From IMG/VR virus record IMGVR_UViG_3300029305_001264: 40,650 nucleotides of DNA. One strand, given 5' to 3'. This document shows positions 1 through 7,907 of the stretch, one piece after another. The position numbers and the translations under genes are program-made. The stretch is from a virus. Position 1 is the first letter of the stretch. Every line of letters begins with the position of its first letter. Under the pieces are notes generated by a model. That model ran no database searches and was not told the DNA's origin. It saw only the letters and a program-made list of their open reading frames with translations.

Positions 1-449
1 CGCTGCCCAGAAGCGGCGGCGTAATGACCGGTGCCATGACGGTGCAGGAACCCACGGAGGATGCGAACCCTGCCACCAAGGGGTATGTGGACGGTAAGGC
101 TGAGGAATTGCGGTACAGCCCGATCGTTAAGGTAACCACGGCCAATATTTCCGTGACACCGGATATGATGGGGAAAACCCTTCTGCTGAACAGCAGCGGC
201 ACGGACTTTGTTTGCACCATCTCCAAGGACTTCCATGATTCTGTTCCCGTTGGCTTTGAAGTGGCCTTTATCTTCTGGACGGCAAACTCCGCCAGGATCG
301 CTTTCACCGGCGGGGTCAATGCGGCAACCCCCGGCATCGGCGCATTGACCGACCCTGTTCTGGCACTGCCGGAACGGTACACGATGATTGCCGCAAAGAA
401 ATGCACTACTGTCAGCTGGCTGGTGACCGGCAATGTGGAGGTGGTTTGA
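1..449 (+). CDS. Tail fibre / receptor-binding protein, 3-prime part (one gene with 39983..40650 across the circular junction; 329 aa in total)
   Basis: The frame is open from base 1. It is in phase with 39983..40650 once the 127-nt terminal duplicate is removed. Stop TGA 447-449. The fibre-type motif [25 protein letters not shown] spans the junction. Confidence 0.75.
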   Translation, partial: LPRSGGVMTGAMTVQEPTEDANPATKGYVDGKAEELRYSPIVKVTTANISVTPDMMGKTLLLNSSGTDFVCTISKDFHDSVPVGFEVAFIFWTANSARIAFTGGVNAATPGIGALTDPVLALPERYTMIAAKKCTTVSWLVTGNVEVV

Positions 450-1222
450 TGATCTATGTATTGGGCGGTAGCTCTGACCTTAGCTATAAGGTGATCGCAA
501 GTATGACTGCTCCCACAAATCCCACTGCCAACATGATCTGGATCAAATCCAGCACTGCGGTCAATGGGTATCGGTTTGCCAGCGTCACACCGAGTGGCAC
601 AAGTTCATCCACAGGCAATGTGTACTTTATTTGTTCGACAACCTATGACAGAACCGCAGACAACACTGTTCCTGTGCTTAACATCCTGAACAGAAAAGAA
701 AAGGGGCAGATCATCCGCTGCCTTCTGCATTTGACTGGGTGTCGACAAGTTATCGGTGGAGAATGGAAGTCGGTCGATGCGTATCTGTACAAGGGTGGTG
801 CATGGTTGCAGTTTAGTGCAGAGTTGGCAGATATCGATTTTTACAATGCGGGAACGGAAAATGCAACGCTTACCCTTTCCAATGTGACCAAGGCAAGCAC
901 TTACCTGAATGCAACCCTTGCCAAGTCCGGCAATGCATCCGTGACCATCAAGGATGTAGACCTGACCAACCATAAGACGGTGACAGCCACCTACAGCAAT
1001 CTTCAGGGTGATGGTACTTTCAAGGGGTATATTTCCGTGAAGATCCTGGATACTTCCGGCGCATCCGTCAAGGCAACTACTGAAGCATCGACAGCATCCG
1101 GTACTCTGACACTGGATATATCCACACTTACCGGAAAGCATCAGATCCAGGTGTATATGCGAAATACCAGCGGTAGCTATGCGGGTTCCTGCCGTGTAAC
1201 CAGAATCCAAATGCTGCTGTAA
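449..1222 (+). CDS. Hypothetical host-recognition/tail module protein (257 aa)
   Basis: ATG 449 overlaps the upstream stop (TGATG coupling). It directly follows the fibre gene and is Ser/Thr/Asn-rich. No catalytic motif recognised. Confidence 0.55.
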   Translation: MIYVLGGSSDLSYKVIASMTAPTNPTANMIWIKSSTAVNGYRFASVTPSGTSSSTGNVYFICSTTYDRTADNTVPVLNILNRKEKGQIIRCLLHLTGCRQVIGGEWKSVDAYLYKGGAWLQFSAELADIDFYNAGTENATLTLSNVTKASTYLNATLAKSGNASVTIKDVDLTNHKTVTATYSNLQGDGTFKGYISVKILDTSGASVKATTEASTASGTLTLDISTLTGKHQIQVYMRNTSGSYAGSCRVTRIQMLL

Positions 1223-1232
1223 GGAGGTATCT

Positions 1233-1523
1233 ATGAGAACGGTTTATATTGATTCGGACTATAAGTGCCATCCTGAGGGTGGCGAAGGCCTGACCGCTGT
1301 GGAGACCGACTTCTTTGACGGCAAATGCGATACCGTTGTGAAGGGTTACCGGTTTGTTCCCGCCGGCGAAAGCTGGACGAGAGAAGACGGCACGGTGTTC
1401 TCCGGGGAGATGATCGCCCCCTGGGGGAGTTATCCCGAAATGGAAGCGGCCCAGCGGGAATACGAGCGGCAGCTTCTTTCTGAATATGCCGAAGCGCTGA
1501 AGGTACTGGGGGTGACGGTATGA
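1233..1523 (+). CDS. Hypothetical protein (96 aa)
   Basis: AGGAGG lies upstream of the ATG. The stop is coupled to the next ORF (ATGA at 1520-1523). Confidence 0.6.
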   Translation: MRTVYIDSDYKCHPEGGEGLTAVETDFFDGKCDTVVKGYRFVPAGESWTREDGTVFSGEMIAPWGSYPEMEAAQREYERQLLSEYAEALKVLGVTV

Positions 1524-1951
1524 CTGTAATTGAACAGGCAGAAGCCATCCGGTCGGCAATGGATAACGCAGCTATCGTGCTGACTGACCAGGAAGCACTC
1601 TACAGCAAGGAACTGTACCCCCGGTGGGAAGACCTGATGGGTGAGAAGGTGGAGATGGATTTCCGGTTTCGGTACGGCGGGATGCTGTACAAGACTCGGC
1701 AGAAAAGCTACACCTTTGTGGAGCACTATGTCCCGGGAGCCGCCGGTACGGAAAGCCTTTTTGAGGTAATCAACGAGACCCATGCCGGGACTCTGGAAGA
1801 CCCCATCCCCTATGAGGGCAACATGGCTCTGGAGGCTGGGCTGTATTACTCCCAGGACGGTGTGGTTTACCGATGCACGATCTCTACCGGCAATCCTATC
1901 TATCACTTGCTGAAGGATCTGGTGGGACTGTATGTGGAGGTGGTTGCATGA
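1520..1951 (+). CDS. Hypothetical protein (143 aa), between fibre genes and endolysin
   Basis: ATGA coupling at both ends. No recognisable motif. Confidence 0.6.
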   Translation: MTVIEQAEAIRSAMDNAAIVLTDQEALYSKELYPRWEDLMGEKVEMDFRFRYGGMLYKTRQKSYTFVEHYVPGAAGTESLFEVINETHAGTLEDPIPYEGNMALEAGLYYSQDGVVYRCTISTGNPIYHLLKDLVGLYVEVVA

Positions 1952-2544
1952 CGGTAAAGCAAGCGCAGCATCTGCTGGCCTATCTGGGCTACTACACCAT
2001 GGCTGTTGACGGCATCTGGGGTAGTGGCAGTGAGAAGGCGCTGAAGCGTTTCCAGCGGGAGTACGGCATCGATGATGACGGTATCCTTGGCATTGTTACC
2101 GAGAAAGCCATGACCCATGCTGTGGCTTACGGGATGCCGAAAAGCGATGATGATCCGGTGGAGGAGGGCACCTTCTGGGACGAGATCGAGCATTTTACCC
2201 GGGAGGAATTCGGCTGCAAGTGCGGCCTTCACCATGCGCCCTACTGCGACGGCTTCCCGGCGGAACCTAGGGAGGACCTGGTAAGGATCATCCAGGATGT
2301 GCGGTACTACTTCGGTGTACCAGTGACCATCGTCAGCGGCCTGCGGTGCCGCCAGCACAATGCCGATTCCGGCGGTGTGGCGAATTCGCAGCACATGTAC
2401 GGCGAGGCTGCTGACATCAATGTCCAGGGCGTGGCTCCCTCCGCTGTCGAGGCATTCCTTGACCGGCGGGGCGGTGTGAGGTATCACTACACCATCAAGA
2501 ATAGCAACAATGTCCATCTGGATGTACCCCAGGGAGCGAGGTGA
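1948..2544 (+). CDS. Endolysin: N-terminal peptidoglycan-binding (PG_binding_1-like) domain plus C-terminal peptidase M15A-type zinc D-Ala-D-Ala carboxypeptidase-like domain
   Basis: ATG 1948 overlaps the upstream stop. The N-terminal part (LGYYTMAVDGIWGSGSEKALKRFQREYGIDDDGILG) looks like a PG-binding repeat. The C-terminal SQHMYGEAADI...NVHLDV matches the H-x6-D...H zinc ligands of M15A enzymes. It sits next to the holin. Confidence 0.85.
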   Translation: MTVKQAQHLLAYLGYYTMAVDGIWGSGSEKALKRFQREYGIDDDGILGIVTEKAMTHAVAYGMPKSDDDPVEEGTFWDEIEHFTREEFGCKCGLHHAPYCDGFPAEPREDLVRIIQDVRYYFGVPVTIVSGLRCRQHNADSGGVANSQHMYGEAADINVQGVAPSAVEAFLDRRGGVRYHYTIKNSNNVHLDVPQGAR

Positions 2545-2825
2545 TACCGGTGAATGATGCAGTATTGTCCGCTCTCATTACCGGTATTCTGACCCTGATC
2601 GGAGTGGTGGTCAGCAATCTTCTGGCCAGCAAGAAGACCGAACAGGCCATCGCCGTAAACCAGGCGGTGACGGACACCAAAATTGAAGAACTGACCCGGG
2701 AGGTTCGGGAGCATAATAACTTCGCCCTGCGGATGCCGGTGATGGAGCATGATGTGAAAGACCTTCAGCGCCGGGTCGGTGTCCTGGAAAACTATCACAA
2801 ACAGCCGGTGAATCCTGTAAACTAG
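2541..2825 (+). CDS. Single-pass membrane protein with coiled-coil tail, lysis-cassette associated
   Basis: GTG start overlaps the endolysin stop (GTGA). N-terminal TM segment AVLSALITGILTLIGVVVSNLLA, followed by a charged helical tail. Confidence 0.55.
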   Translation: MIPVNDAVLSALITGILTLIGVVVSNLLASKKTEQAIAVNQAVTDTKIEELTREVREHNNFALRMPVMEHDVKDLQRRVGVLENYHKQPVNPVN

Positions 2826-2839
2826 AAAGGAGAAATACA

Positions 2840-3106
2840 ATGATCAACTGGAAGGTAAGACTGAAGAATCCTGTGTTCTGGGTTCAGATCGTCGCAGCAA
2901 TCGTGCTGCCGATTTTGACCTACCTGGGCCTGAGCTGGGAAGATATCACCACCTGGGCCGCTTTTGGCAACATCTTTGTCCAGGCCGTGAGCAATCCCGT
3001 GATCCTGGTGAGCGTGGTGGTATCTGTGTGGAACGCCATCAATGATCCCACTACCAAGGGCCTGAATGACAGCTTCCGTGCGATGACCTACGAAAACCCG
3101 GACTGA
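2840..3106 (+). CDS. Holin, phi-LC3-like family
   Basis: The N-terminus MINWKVRLKNPVFW is characteristic of phi-LC3-type holins. Two to three hydrophobic segments, 88 aa, adjacent to the endolysin. Confidence 0.75.
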   Translation: MINWKVRLKNPVFWVQIVAAIVLPILTYLGLSWEDITTWAAFGNIFVQAVSNPVILVSVVVSVWNAINDPTTKGLNDSFRAMTYENPD

Positions 3107-3107
3107 T

Positions 3108-3341
3108 ATGAAAGATCTAGTGTGGGACAATATCATGCTGGCTGAATTCCGCAAGCTGGCGATACTCACCGAGGATGAGGACAAGGTGCTCAGCTGGTGG
3201 GCCAAAAATAAAAGCATTGCCTACATTGGAATGACGCTGGGAATGGCGGACAGAACGGTAAGTAGATGCCTGGAAAGCCTCCGGGAGAAATATGATGCAG
3301 TTCGGATCTATTCTCCGCTTTTGCCAGAACGAAGAATATAG
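3108..3341 (+). CDS. Small sigma-70 region-4 / LuxR-type HTH regulator (77 aa)
   Basis: LTEDEDKVLSWWAKNKSIAYIGMTLGMADRTVSRCLESLREKY follows the region-4 HTH pattern. No region-2 equivalent is present. Confidence 0.6.
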   Translation: MKDLVWDNIMLAEFRKLAILTEDEDKVLSWWAKNKSIAYIGMTLGMADRTVSRCLESLREKYDAVRIYSPLLPERRI

Positions 3342-3345
3342 GAAA

Positions 3346-3378
3346 GACCCTCTCCGGTAACGGAGGGGGTCCTTTTTT
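3346..3378 (+). terminator. Rho-independent terminator
   Basis: 11-bp stem gaccctctccg/cggagggggtc with loop gtaa, followed by TTTTTT. Confidence 0.8.
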
Positions 3379-3523
3379 GCTATTTGGCATAAATATGGCA
3401 AGAATGTGGCGAAAAAGCGGCAAAATCACGGCCTTTAGACGGCAGTTTTGAACGGCTTTTTCATGTTACCTTGATGGTGGATCGGGGAACCCCCGGTACT
3501 AAATTAAAACGGAGGAAAAGAAA

Positions 3524-3988
3524 ATGGTAGAAGTCGAAAGAGATTATGCGAGCAAGGGTGTTGCCGGTGCTGGCCTGGGCCTTGGCATTGCCGGTACCGC
3601 TCTGGGTGTCCTGGGAAATAATGGCCTGGGCAACATCTTCGGCGGCTGGGGCAACAACTGCGGCGGCGCAATGTTCGCCTGGGAACGGGAGCTGTCCCAC
3701 AAGGATGCTGAGATCGGCAGCCTGAGGGCAGACCTGGCGACTGACCGTAAGATCCTGGAACTGTACCAGTATGTGGACGGTCGGATGAGAGGCATCGAAG
3801 GCCAGCTGGCACAGCAGGCCGTGGTTAATGCTCAGCTCACTGCCAATCTGAGCTGCCAGCAGCAGGCTATTGCCACGCTGAATGGCTTGACTAAGACCGT
3901 GATCCCCATCGCAAGCATCTGCCCCGAGGTCATGCCTCGGTACAACAGTTTCGTGACCCCCACCGACACTCCCGCAACCGGCGCTTAA
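3524..3988 (+). CDS. Hypothetical protein with Gly-zipper-like hydrophobic N-terminus and coiled coil (154 aa)
   Basis: GGAGG RBS. Segment GVAGAGLGLGIAGTALGVLGNNGLGNIFGGWG, then heptad-like sequence. Monocistronic between two terminators. Confidence 0.6.
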   Translation: MVEVERDYASKGVAGAGLGLGIAGTALGVLGNNGLGNIFGGWGNNCGGAMFAWERELSHKDAEIGSLRADLATDRKILELYQYVDGRMRGIEGQLAQQAVVNAQLTANLSCQQQAIATLNGLTKTVIPIASICPEVMPRYNSFVTPTDTPATGA

Positions 3989-3998
3989 TCGCCAAAGA

Positions 3999-4026
3999 GG
4001 AGGGCGGGAAACCGCCCTCTATTCTT
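3999..4026 (+). terminator. Probable terminator hairpin
   Basis: 9-bp stem ggagggcgg/ccgccctct with GAAA loop, followed by attctt. Confidence 0.55.
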
Positions 4027-4042
4027 ATTAAGGAGGAAACTT

Positions 4043-4384
4043 ATGGCAACCATTCAGCAGATCCAGAAAGCGGCGGCACGGTTTGTAGACCAGGATATTG
4101 CTCCGGCATTCTCCGGTGGTGAGCGGATTCTGGTATCCGGTGCGGCTGGCTTGCTTATAGCGAATTCCGGGAAACTGGTGGCGCAGTATGCTACGCATCC
4201 CATGGTGGCGGCACTTGGTGTTGTGGATGCACAAAGCGGCGATATCGATGTGGATTCCCTCTACCAGGCATTTGCTCCAAAATTTGGAAACGAAAAAATC
4301 CCGCTTAAGATCCCGGTGGTGGGCACCATCAGGATTGGGAAAGCGGAAGTCGATAGATTCTATCAATATGTAAAGGAGGCTTAA
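4043..4384 (+). CDS. Hypothetical protein (113 aa)
   Basis: AAGGAGG RBS. Coupled to the next ORF. Confidence 0.6.
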   Translation: MATIQQIQKAAARFVDQDIAPAFSGGERILVSGAAGLLIANSGKLVAQYATHPMVAALGVVDAQSGDIDVDSLYQAFAPKFGNEKIPLKIPVVGTIRIGKAEVDRFYQYVKEA

Positions 4385-4385
4385 T

Positions 4386-4811
4386 ATGGACGGGCGGATT
4401 ACGATTCCCAACATCGAAAAGGAAATGAAGCATCTCCAGGAAAAAGGCTGGATGTGCCGGGATGATCTTAAGATGCTGGTGCTTTTGGGTGAGGCCATGG
4501 AAGTCATGGGCAATGTTGACCGGGAATTCACAGAAGAGGATGCCCGGAAATGGGTAGAGCATATGGATCCCCCGGCACGGTGGTCGATGGAGCAGACCAC
4601 GGCGGTCATGCACCAGTTCGGATACAGCCATAGGCCCTGCGTATTCTATGCCGTAATGAACATGCTGTTCAGTGATTACGGACGGACTGTCATTCGTTTC
4701 AACATGGATAAGCCGGAATTTTGGGCTGCACTGGCTCATGACTTTATCGATGACCCGGATGCTGAGGATATGAAGGTGGGCCGGTACTGGCGGGATATAG
4801 TTAGGCACTAG
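4386..4811 (+). CDS. Hypothetical protein (141 aa)
   Basis: AAGGAGG RBS 2 nt after the upstream stop. Last gene before attP. Confidence 0.6.
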   Translation: MDGRITIPNIEKEMKHLQEKGWMCRDDLKMLVLLGEAMEVMGNVDREFTEEDARKWVEHMDPPARWSMEQTTAVMHQFGYSHRPCVFYAVMNMLFSDYGRTVIRFNMDKPEFWAALAHDFIDDPDAEDMKVGRYWRDIVRH

Positions 4812-4815
4812 AATC

Positions 4816-4845
4816 CCGTTGCCAATCCGTTGCCAAAATGGCAAT
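4816..4845 (+). repeat. Candidate integrase arm-type sites, left arm of attP: CCGTTGCCAA(T/A) x2 plus an inverted TGGCAAT
   Basis: Direct copies at 4816-4826 and 4827-4837, inverted half at 4839-4845. The same box recurs at 5067, 5079 and 5177. Confidence 0.5.
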
Positions 4846-4958
4846 CAAAATTTGCATTTTAGCAAATAAAATAATGAATTCCCAATCAATAAAATATTGT
4901 CGTAAATGTTGCGATATATTCAATGTGTTATGGAAATGTACGAAAAATGAACAAAAAA

Positions 4959-4987
4959 AGTCCCAAATCATAAGATTCGGGACTTTT
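4959..4987 (+). terminator. Terminator hairpin (A-run upstream, T-run downstream, so possibly bidirectional)
   Basis: Stem agtcccaaatc/gattcgggact with one mismatch and loop ataa, flanked by aaaaaaa and tttt. Confidence 0.6.
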
Positions 4988-4992
4988 GCGTT

Positions 4993-5020
4993 TGGTGCGA
5001 GAGATGGGACTCGAACCCAT
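4993..5020 (-). other. attP core: 3-prime fragment of a tRNA gene (T-arm, acceptor 3-prime strand, encoded CCA)
   Basis: The reverse complement reads ATGGG-TTCGAGT-CCCAT-CTCTCGC-A-CCA. No matching 5-prime acceptor strand (GCGAGAG) exists upstream. The site lies about 40 nt from the integrase stop. Confidence 0.7.
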
Positions 5021-5059
5021 AACAAAAAGCGGTAAAAGCGTTGTGTTTCTAAGGTTTTT

Positions 5060-6133
5060 TTATTTTCCGTTGCCAATTCCGTTGCCAATTTGCGACTTGT
5101 TATCAAAGTAATTGCTGAAGTCCTGCGCTCGTTTGGCAATGTCTTTTTGGGATAGGTGGGTGTAGATTTTACGCATCGTTGCCAAATCGTCCCAGCCGCC
5201 GATTTCTGCGGCGATCATTTCCGGGATCTGGAGATGGTATGCGAGGCTTGCAAAGCTGTGGCGGAGGCCGTGGAGGTCGATGGGAGGGAGGCCGACTTCG
5301 GCGCAGAGTCGGCGCAGATGCTTGATGATCACATCCGGCGCATTTCGTACAACCTTGCCGGTCTTGTCGGGGCAAGCCTCCAGGGCTTCCTGGAGCGGCG
5401 GGATGATGGGGATGGTACGGCGGGACTTGCTGGTTTTGTTCTGGGCTTTCTCAACATATCCGGTTTCCCCACGGACTCTTGCGCCGTGGATATCGATGGT
5501 CTTTTTATCCAGATCTACCTTGTCCCAGGTGAGAGCCATCATCTCTGACCGGCGGAGGCTGCTGAGGCACAGCAGTGCGGGGATCTCCATGCGGTGGCCT
5601 TTCAGAGCGGCTACCAGAATATCGATCTGGTCCGGCTCAAGGTAGATGCGCTCTTTTGGCTCTTTTTGGTAAAGCAGCACATTGGGCCGCCGACCGGTAG
5701 CCTCTTCGATGGAGGCCGCTATAAGTGCCCAGGCATTACTGATATATTTGGGAGAGTGTCCAAGTGCCTTTTCCCGGCGGATCGCCTGCTGCCATTGTTC
5801 ATCGGTTGCGGTGAAAACATTGGCCTGCATCATGGTCTGGAATGTGTTCTTATATGTCCGCTCATAGCCATAGATGGTGGATGGGGAGCGGTAGTCCCGG
5901 CGGGAATCGATGTACTCCCGCACAGCGGTTTCCAGGGTTTTGACTTTGGCCTTCTCCTGGCGCTGGGCTTCGATCACTCCACCCTTCATAGCCATGTATT
6001 TGGCAATGACTTCCTTTTCGCTGCTCCCGGTGATGGAGATCCGCTCTCCGGATACCATGCAGCGGGTGTGCCAGGATCCGGAGGGAAGTTGGGTGACGGT
6101 GGGGAGCTTGATCTGTTTCTTTGCCATTGACAT
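5060..6133 (-). CDS. int: Tyrosine integrase
   Basis: The catalytic pattern is visible: LRRSE (Arg), HGLRHSF (H-x-x-R), IYTHLS (Tyr). It lies next to the tRNA-derived core. Confidence 0.9.
   Translation of the reverse strand: MSMAKKQIKLPTVTQLPSGSWHTRCMVSGERISITGSSEKEVIAKYMAMKGGVIEAQRQEKAKVKTLETAVREYIDSRRDYRSPSTIYGYERTYKNTFQTMMQANVFTATDEQWQQAIRREKALGHSPKYISNAWALIAASIEEATGRRPNVLLYQKEPKERIYLEPDQIDILVAALKGHRMEIPALLCLSSLRRSEMMALTWDKVDLDKKTIDIHGARVRGETGYVEKAQNKTSKSRRTIPIIPPLQEALEACPDKTGKVVRNAPDVIIKHLRRLCAEVGLPPIDLHGLRHSFASLAYHLQIPEMIAAEIGGWDDLATMRKIYTHLSQKDIAKRAQDFSNYFDNKSQIGNGIGNGK
5067..5089 (+). repeat. Candidate integrase arm-type sites, right arm of attP: CCGTTGCCAAT x2
   Basis: Copies at 5067-5077 and 5079-5089, inside the integrase 3-prime end where they encode GNGIGNG. 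Further copies: CGTTGCCAAA at 5177-5186 and inverted TTGGCAAT at 5133-5140. Confidence 0.5.
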
Positions 6134-6233
6134 TTCCTTTCCGGGGTGCTACCATAAAAGGGTAGACTTCCCCTATCGTGATTGGTGGGTCGGTTTACCA
6201 GCCTCCCGGTGTGACAGCACCGGGGGGCATTTT

Positions 6234-6650
6234 TTATTTCAGATCTTCGATGTAATCGTAGAAATACATCAGGGTTTCCGCTGCTTCCAGAAATTCCTCC
6301 TTTGTCACAGAGGGGTCATTGTCGAGATATAAGGAAACGATCTGTGTCGCTTCATAAGCACTCCAGCCTGTTTTGTCGCTGGCGTACCAGGAAGCATTCT
6401 CAACAATTTCCCAGATAGGAGTATCTGCCTCGCCATAAGAGTGGCTGCTTCCCGCGGCATCCAAAGAATCATATGCGTGGTAGTCATCTACCGCTGCATC
6501 ATAGCCTTTCTGCCAACCTTCATCATAGCCGATGCTGTAGCCATCTGAAAAAATGCTGGCCTCATCGGGCTCATTTCCGTAGCGGCAGGAGCACAAGACG
6601 AAAACAACCAAAAGGACGGCTGAAACACACAAAATTCGTTTCATTGGCAT
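6234..6650 (-). CDS. Probable secreted lipoprotein (138 aa; alternative start at 6644)
   Basis: Signal peptide MKRILCVSAVLLVVFVLCSC with a lipobox-like LCSC. Sits between the integrase and the regulators. Confidence 0.65.
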   Translation of the reverse strand: MPMKRILCVSAVLLVVFVLCSCRYGNEPDEASIFSDGYSIGYDEGWQKGYDAAVDDYHAYDSLDAAGSSHSYGEADTPIWEIVENASWYASDKTGWSAYEATQIVSLYLDNDPSVTKEEFLEAAETLMYFYDYIEDLK

Positions 6651-6713
6651 GATCCCCTTTCGGGTCCGGTTTATTGGACGGATTGTTTTTTATTATTTTA
6701 ACGAACAAAAGTT

Positions 6714-7238
6714 CTAAATAAACAGGCCGCTTACCCAGGTCATAAGGCGGTCACCGAAATGCCGGGCCGTTCCGCTGTGGCTGAACATTTCCCGGATCCA
6801 GCCGATGTCGGCATTGGTAACATCCACCAGGATCACGATTGCGAAAAAGAGCACAAATATCAGGTTAAGCGTAAGCGAAAACTTCAGCCAGCGGTTCTTC
6901 TCCGCAAGCAGCATGTTGAAATGGGCGGTGATCCTCTTGATTCGCTCCTCATAGGCACGGCCCCGGTTTTCGTAGACGGCGATCAAATGGGAAACCATCG
7001 GGTCTTTCACATTGGCGGAGGGGGCGGGTTCCGGCTGCTCCGGGTGGTTGCTGAGAGAATATCCCACAGCCGCAGCAAGGTCCAGGACCGTCTGCAGCGA
7101 GGGATTGGGGGTGTCTCCCCGGAGAATGCGGTCGATGGTGCTTTTGGGAACCCCGGATGCGTCAGAGAGCTGCTGACTGGTCATGCCGATCTCTTTTTTC
7201 TTCCGGATGATGCCATCCACGATGTCTGATGTGGTCAT
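6714..7238 (-). CDS. XRE-family HTH regulator with C-terminal transmembrane anchor (174 aa)
   Basis: The start at ATG 7238 has a GAAGGGG RBS. HTH MTSQQLSDASGVPKSTIDRILRG. TM segment FSLTLNLIFVLFFAIVILVDV near the C-terminus. Confidence 0.75.
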   Translation of the reverse strand: MTTSDIVDGIIRKKKEIGMTSQQLSDASGVPKSTIDRILRGDTPNPSLQTVLDLAAAVGYSLSNHPEQPEPAPSANVKDPMVSHLIAVYENRGRAYEERIKRITAHFNMLLAEKNRWLKFSLTLNLIFVLFFAIVILVDVTNADIGWIREMFSHSGTARHFGDRLMTWVSGLFI

Positions 7239-7316
7239 AGTCTGCCCCTTCTTTCGTAAAATCAAATATGAGGCGGCAGAAATCAAATGTGGTTCGGGAA
7301 AAAGCAAGTTTGCGTA

Positions 7317-7345
7317 TTGTAAATCATGTGATTCTCCGATACATT
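7317..7345 (+). promoter_or_regulatory. Possible promoter for 7433..7832 (TTGTAA-N17-TACATT) with an iteron-like box in the spacer
   Basis: The hexamers have 17-nt spacing. The spacer begins with ATCATGTGAT (7323-7332), the reverse complement of the 15151-15210 iteron. Confidence 0.3.
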
Positions 7346-7432
7346 TAAGCCAGCCCCAGCAAGACCAGGTGGGCGGAAAGTTTGCCGACGATGCGCCTGC
7401 CGGGTCAATTCCAAAAGGTGAGGAGATTCCAC

Positions 7433-7627
7433 ATGATCCAACTGAGCCCGTTTGCGCTGCGAACGGCCATGCGGCTGGATGAGCTGGATGAAAGCGGGAA
7501 AAGGGCCGCTTACATGGCGATCGAGGAGATGCACCGGCTGCAGACAGCGCTGGCTGAGGAGCAAAAGAAGAACCACCTCATGGTAAATGATAACACAAAA
7601 AATTACCATGGGCAACTAAAAAATTAG
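7433..7627 (+). CDS. Small hypothetical protein (64 aa)
   Basis: GGTGAGGAG RBS upstream of ATG 7433. Divergent from the XRE-TM gene. Confidence 0.45.
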   Translation: MIQLSPFALRTAMRLDELDESGKRAAYMAIEEMHRLQTALAEEQKKNHLMVNDNTKNYHGQLKN

Positions 7628-7709
7628 GGAGGGATAACAAAAAACAATTAAAATATAAATCAAGGAGGAATGCAGGCACAGTGCGGGTGGCCGCCGGAAA
7701 TGGAGGAAT

Positions 7710-7832
7710 ATGGGAACAAACGAAACCAGAGAGCAGAGCGAAGCCAAGCTTGAATTTTTCAAAAGAAAGATGACCGATGCGCAGCTGAGAACGCTGGTGG
7801 CATTTGCCAGGGGCATGGTCAAAAAAGGGTGA
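7710..7832 (+). CDS. Small hypothetical protein (40 aa)
   Basis: GGAGG RBS, ATG 7710, stop TGA 7830-7832, followed directly by a terminator. Too short for the ORF track. Confidence 0.35.
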   Translation: MGTNETREQSEAKLEFFKRKMTDAQLRTLVAFARGMVKKG

Positions 7833-7851
7833 TGCGAAGTGAATAATCAAT

Positions 7852-7898
7852 ACCCCGGAGGAAGCGGTCCTGAGAGGATCGGTACTCCGGGGTTTTTT
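7852..7898 (+). terminator. Rho-independent terminator
   Basis: Outer stem ccccggag/ctccgggg with an inner stem ggtcc/ggatc, followed by TTTTTT. Confidence 0.75.
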
Positions 7899-7907
7899 GC
7901 ATTGTGA

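Noticed and set aside
4838-5035. 65-aa ORF in the AT-rich attP region
   Set aside because: It has no RBS. It runs through a terminator hairpin and the tRNA-derived core, and its composition reflects AT-rich spacer DNA.
4993-5075. A complete tRNA gene on the minus strand, possibly a UUA-anticodon suppressor
   Set aside because: Only the T-arm and acceptor 3-prime strand fold. The would-be anticodon stem has a mismatch and position 37 is a pyrimidine. No D-arm and no 5-prime acceptor strand (GCGAGAG) exist. It is a 3-prime fragment serving as the attP core.
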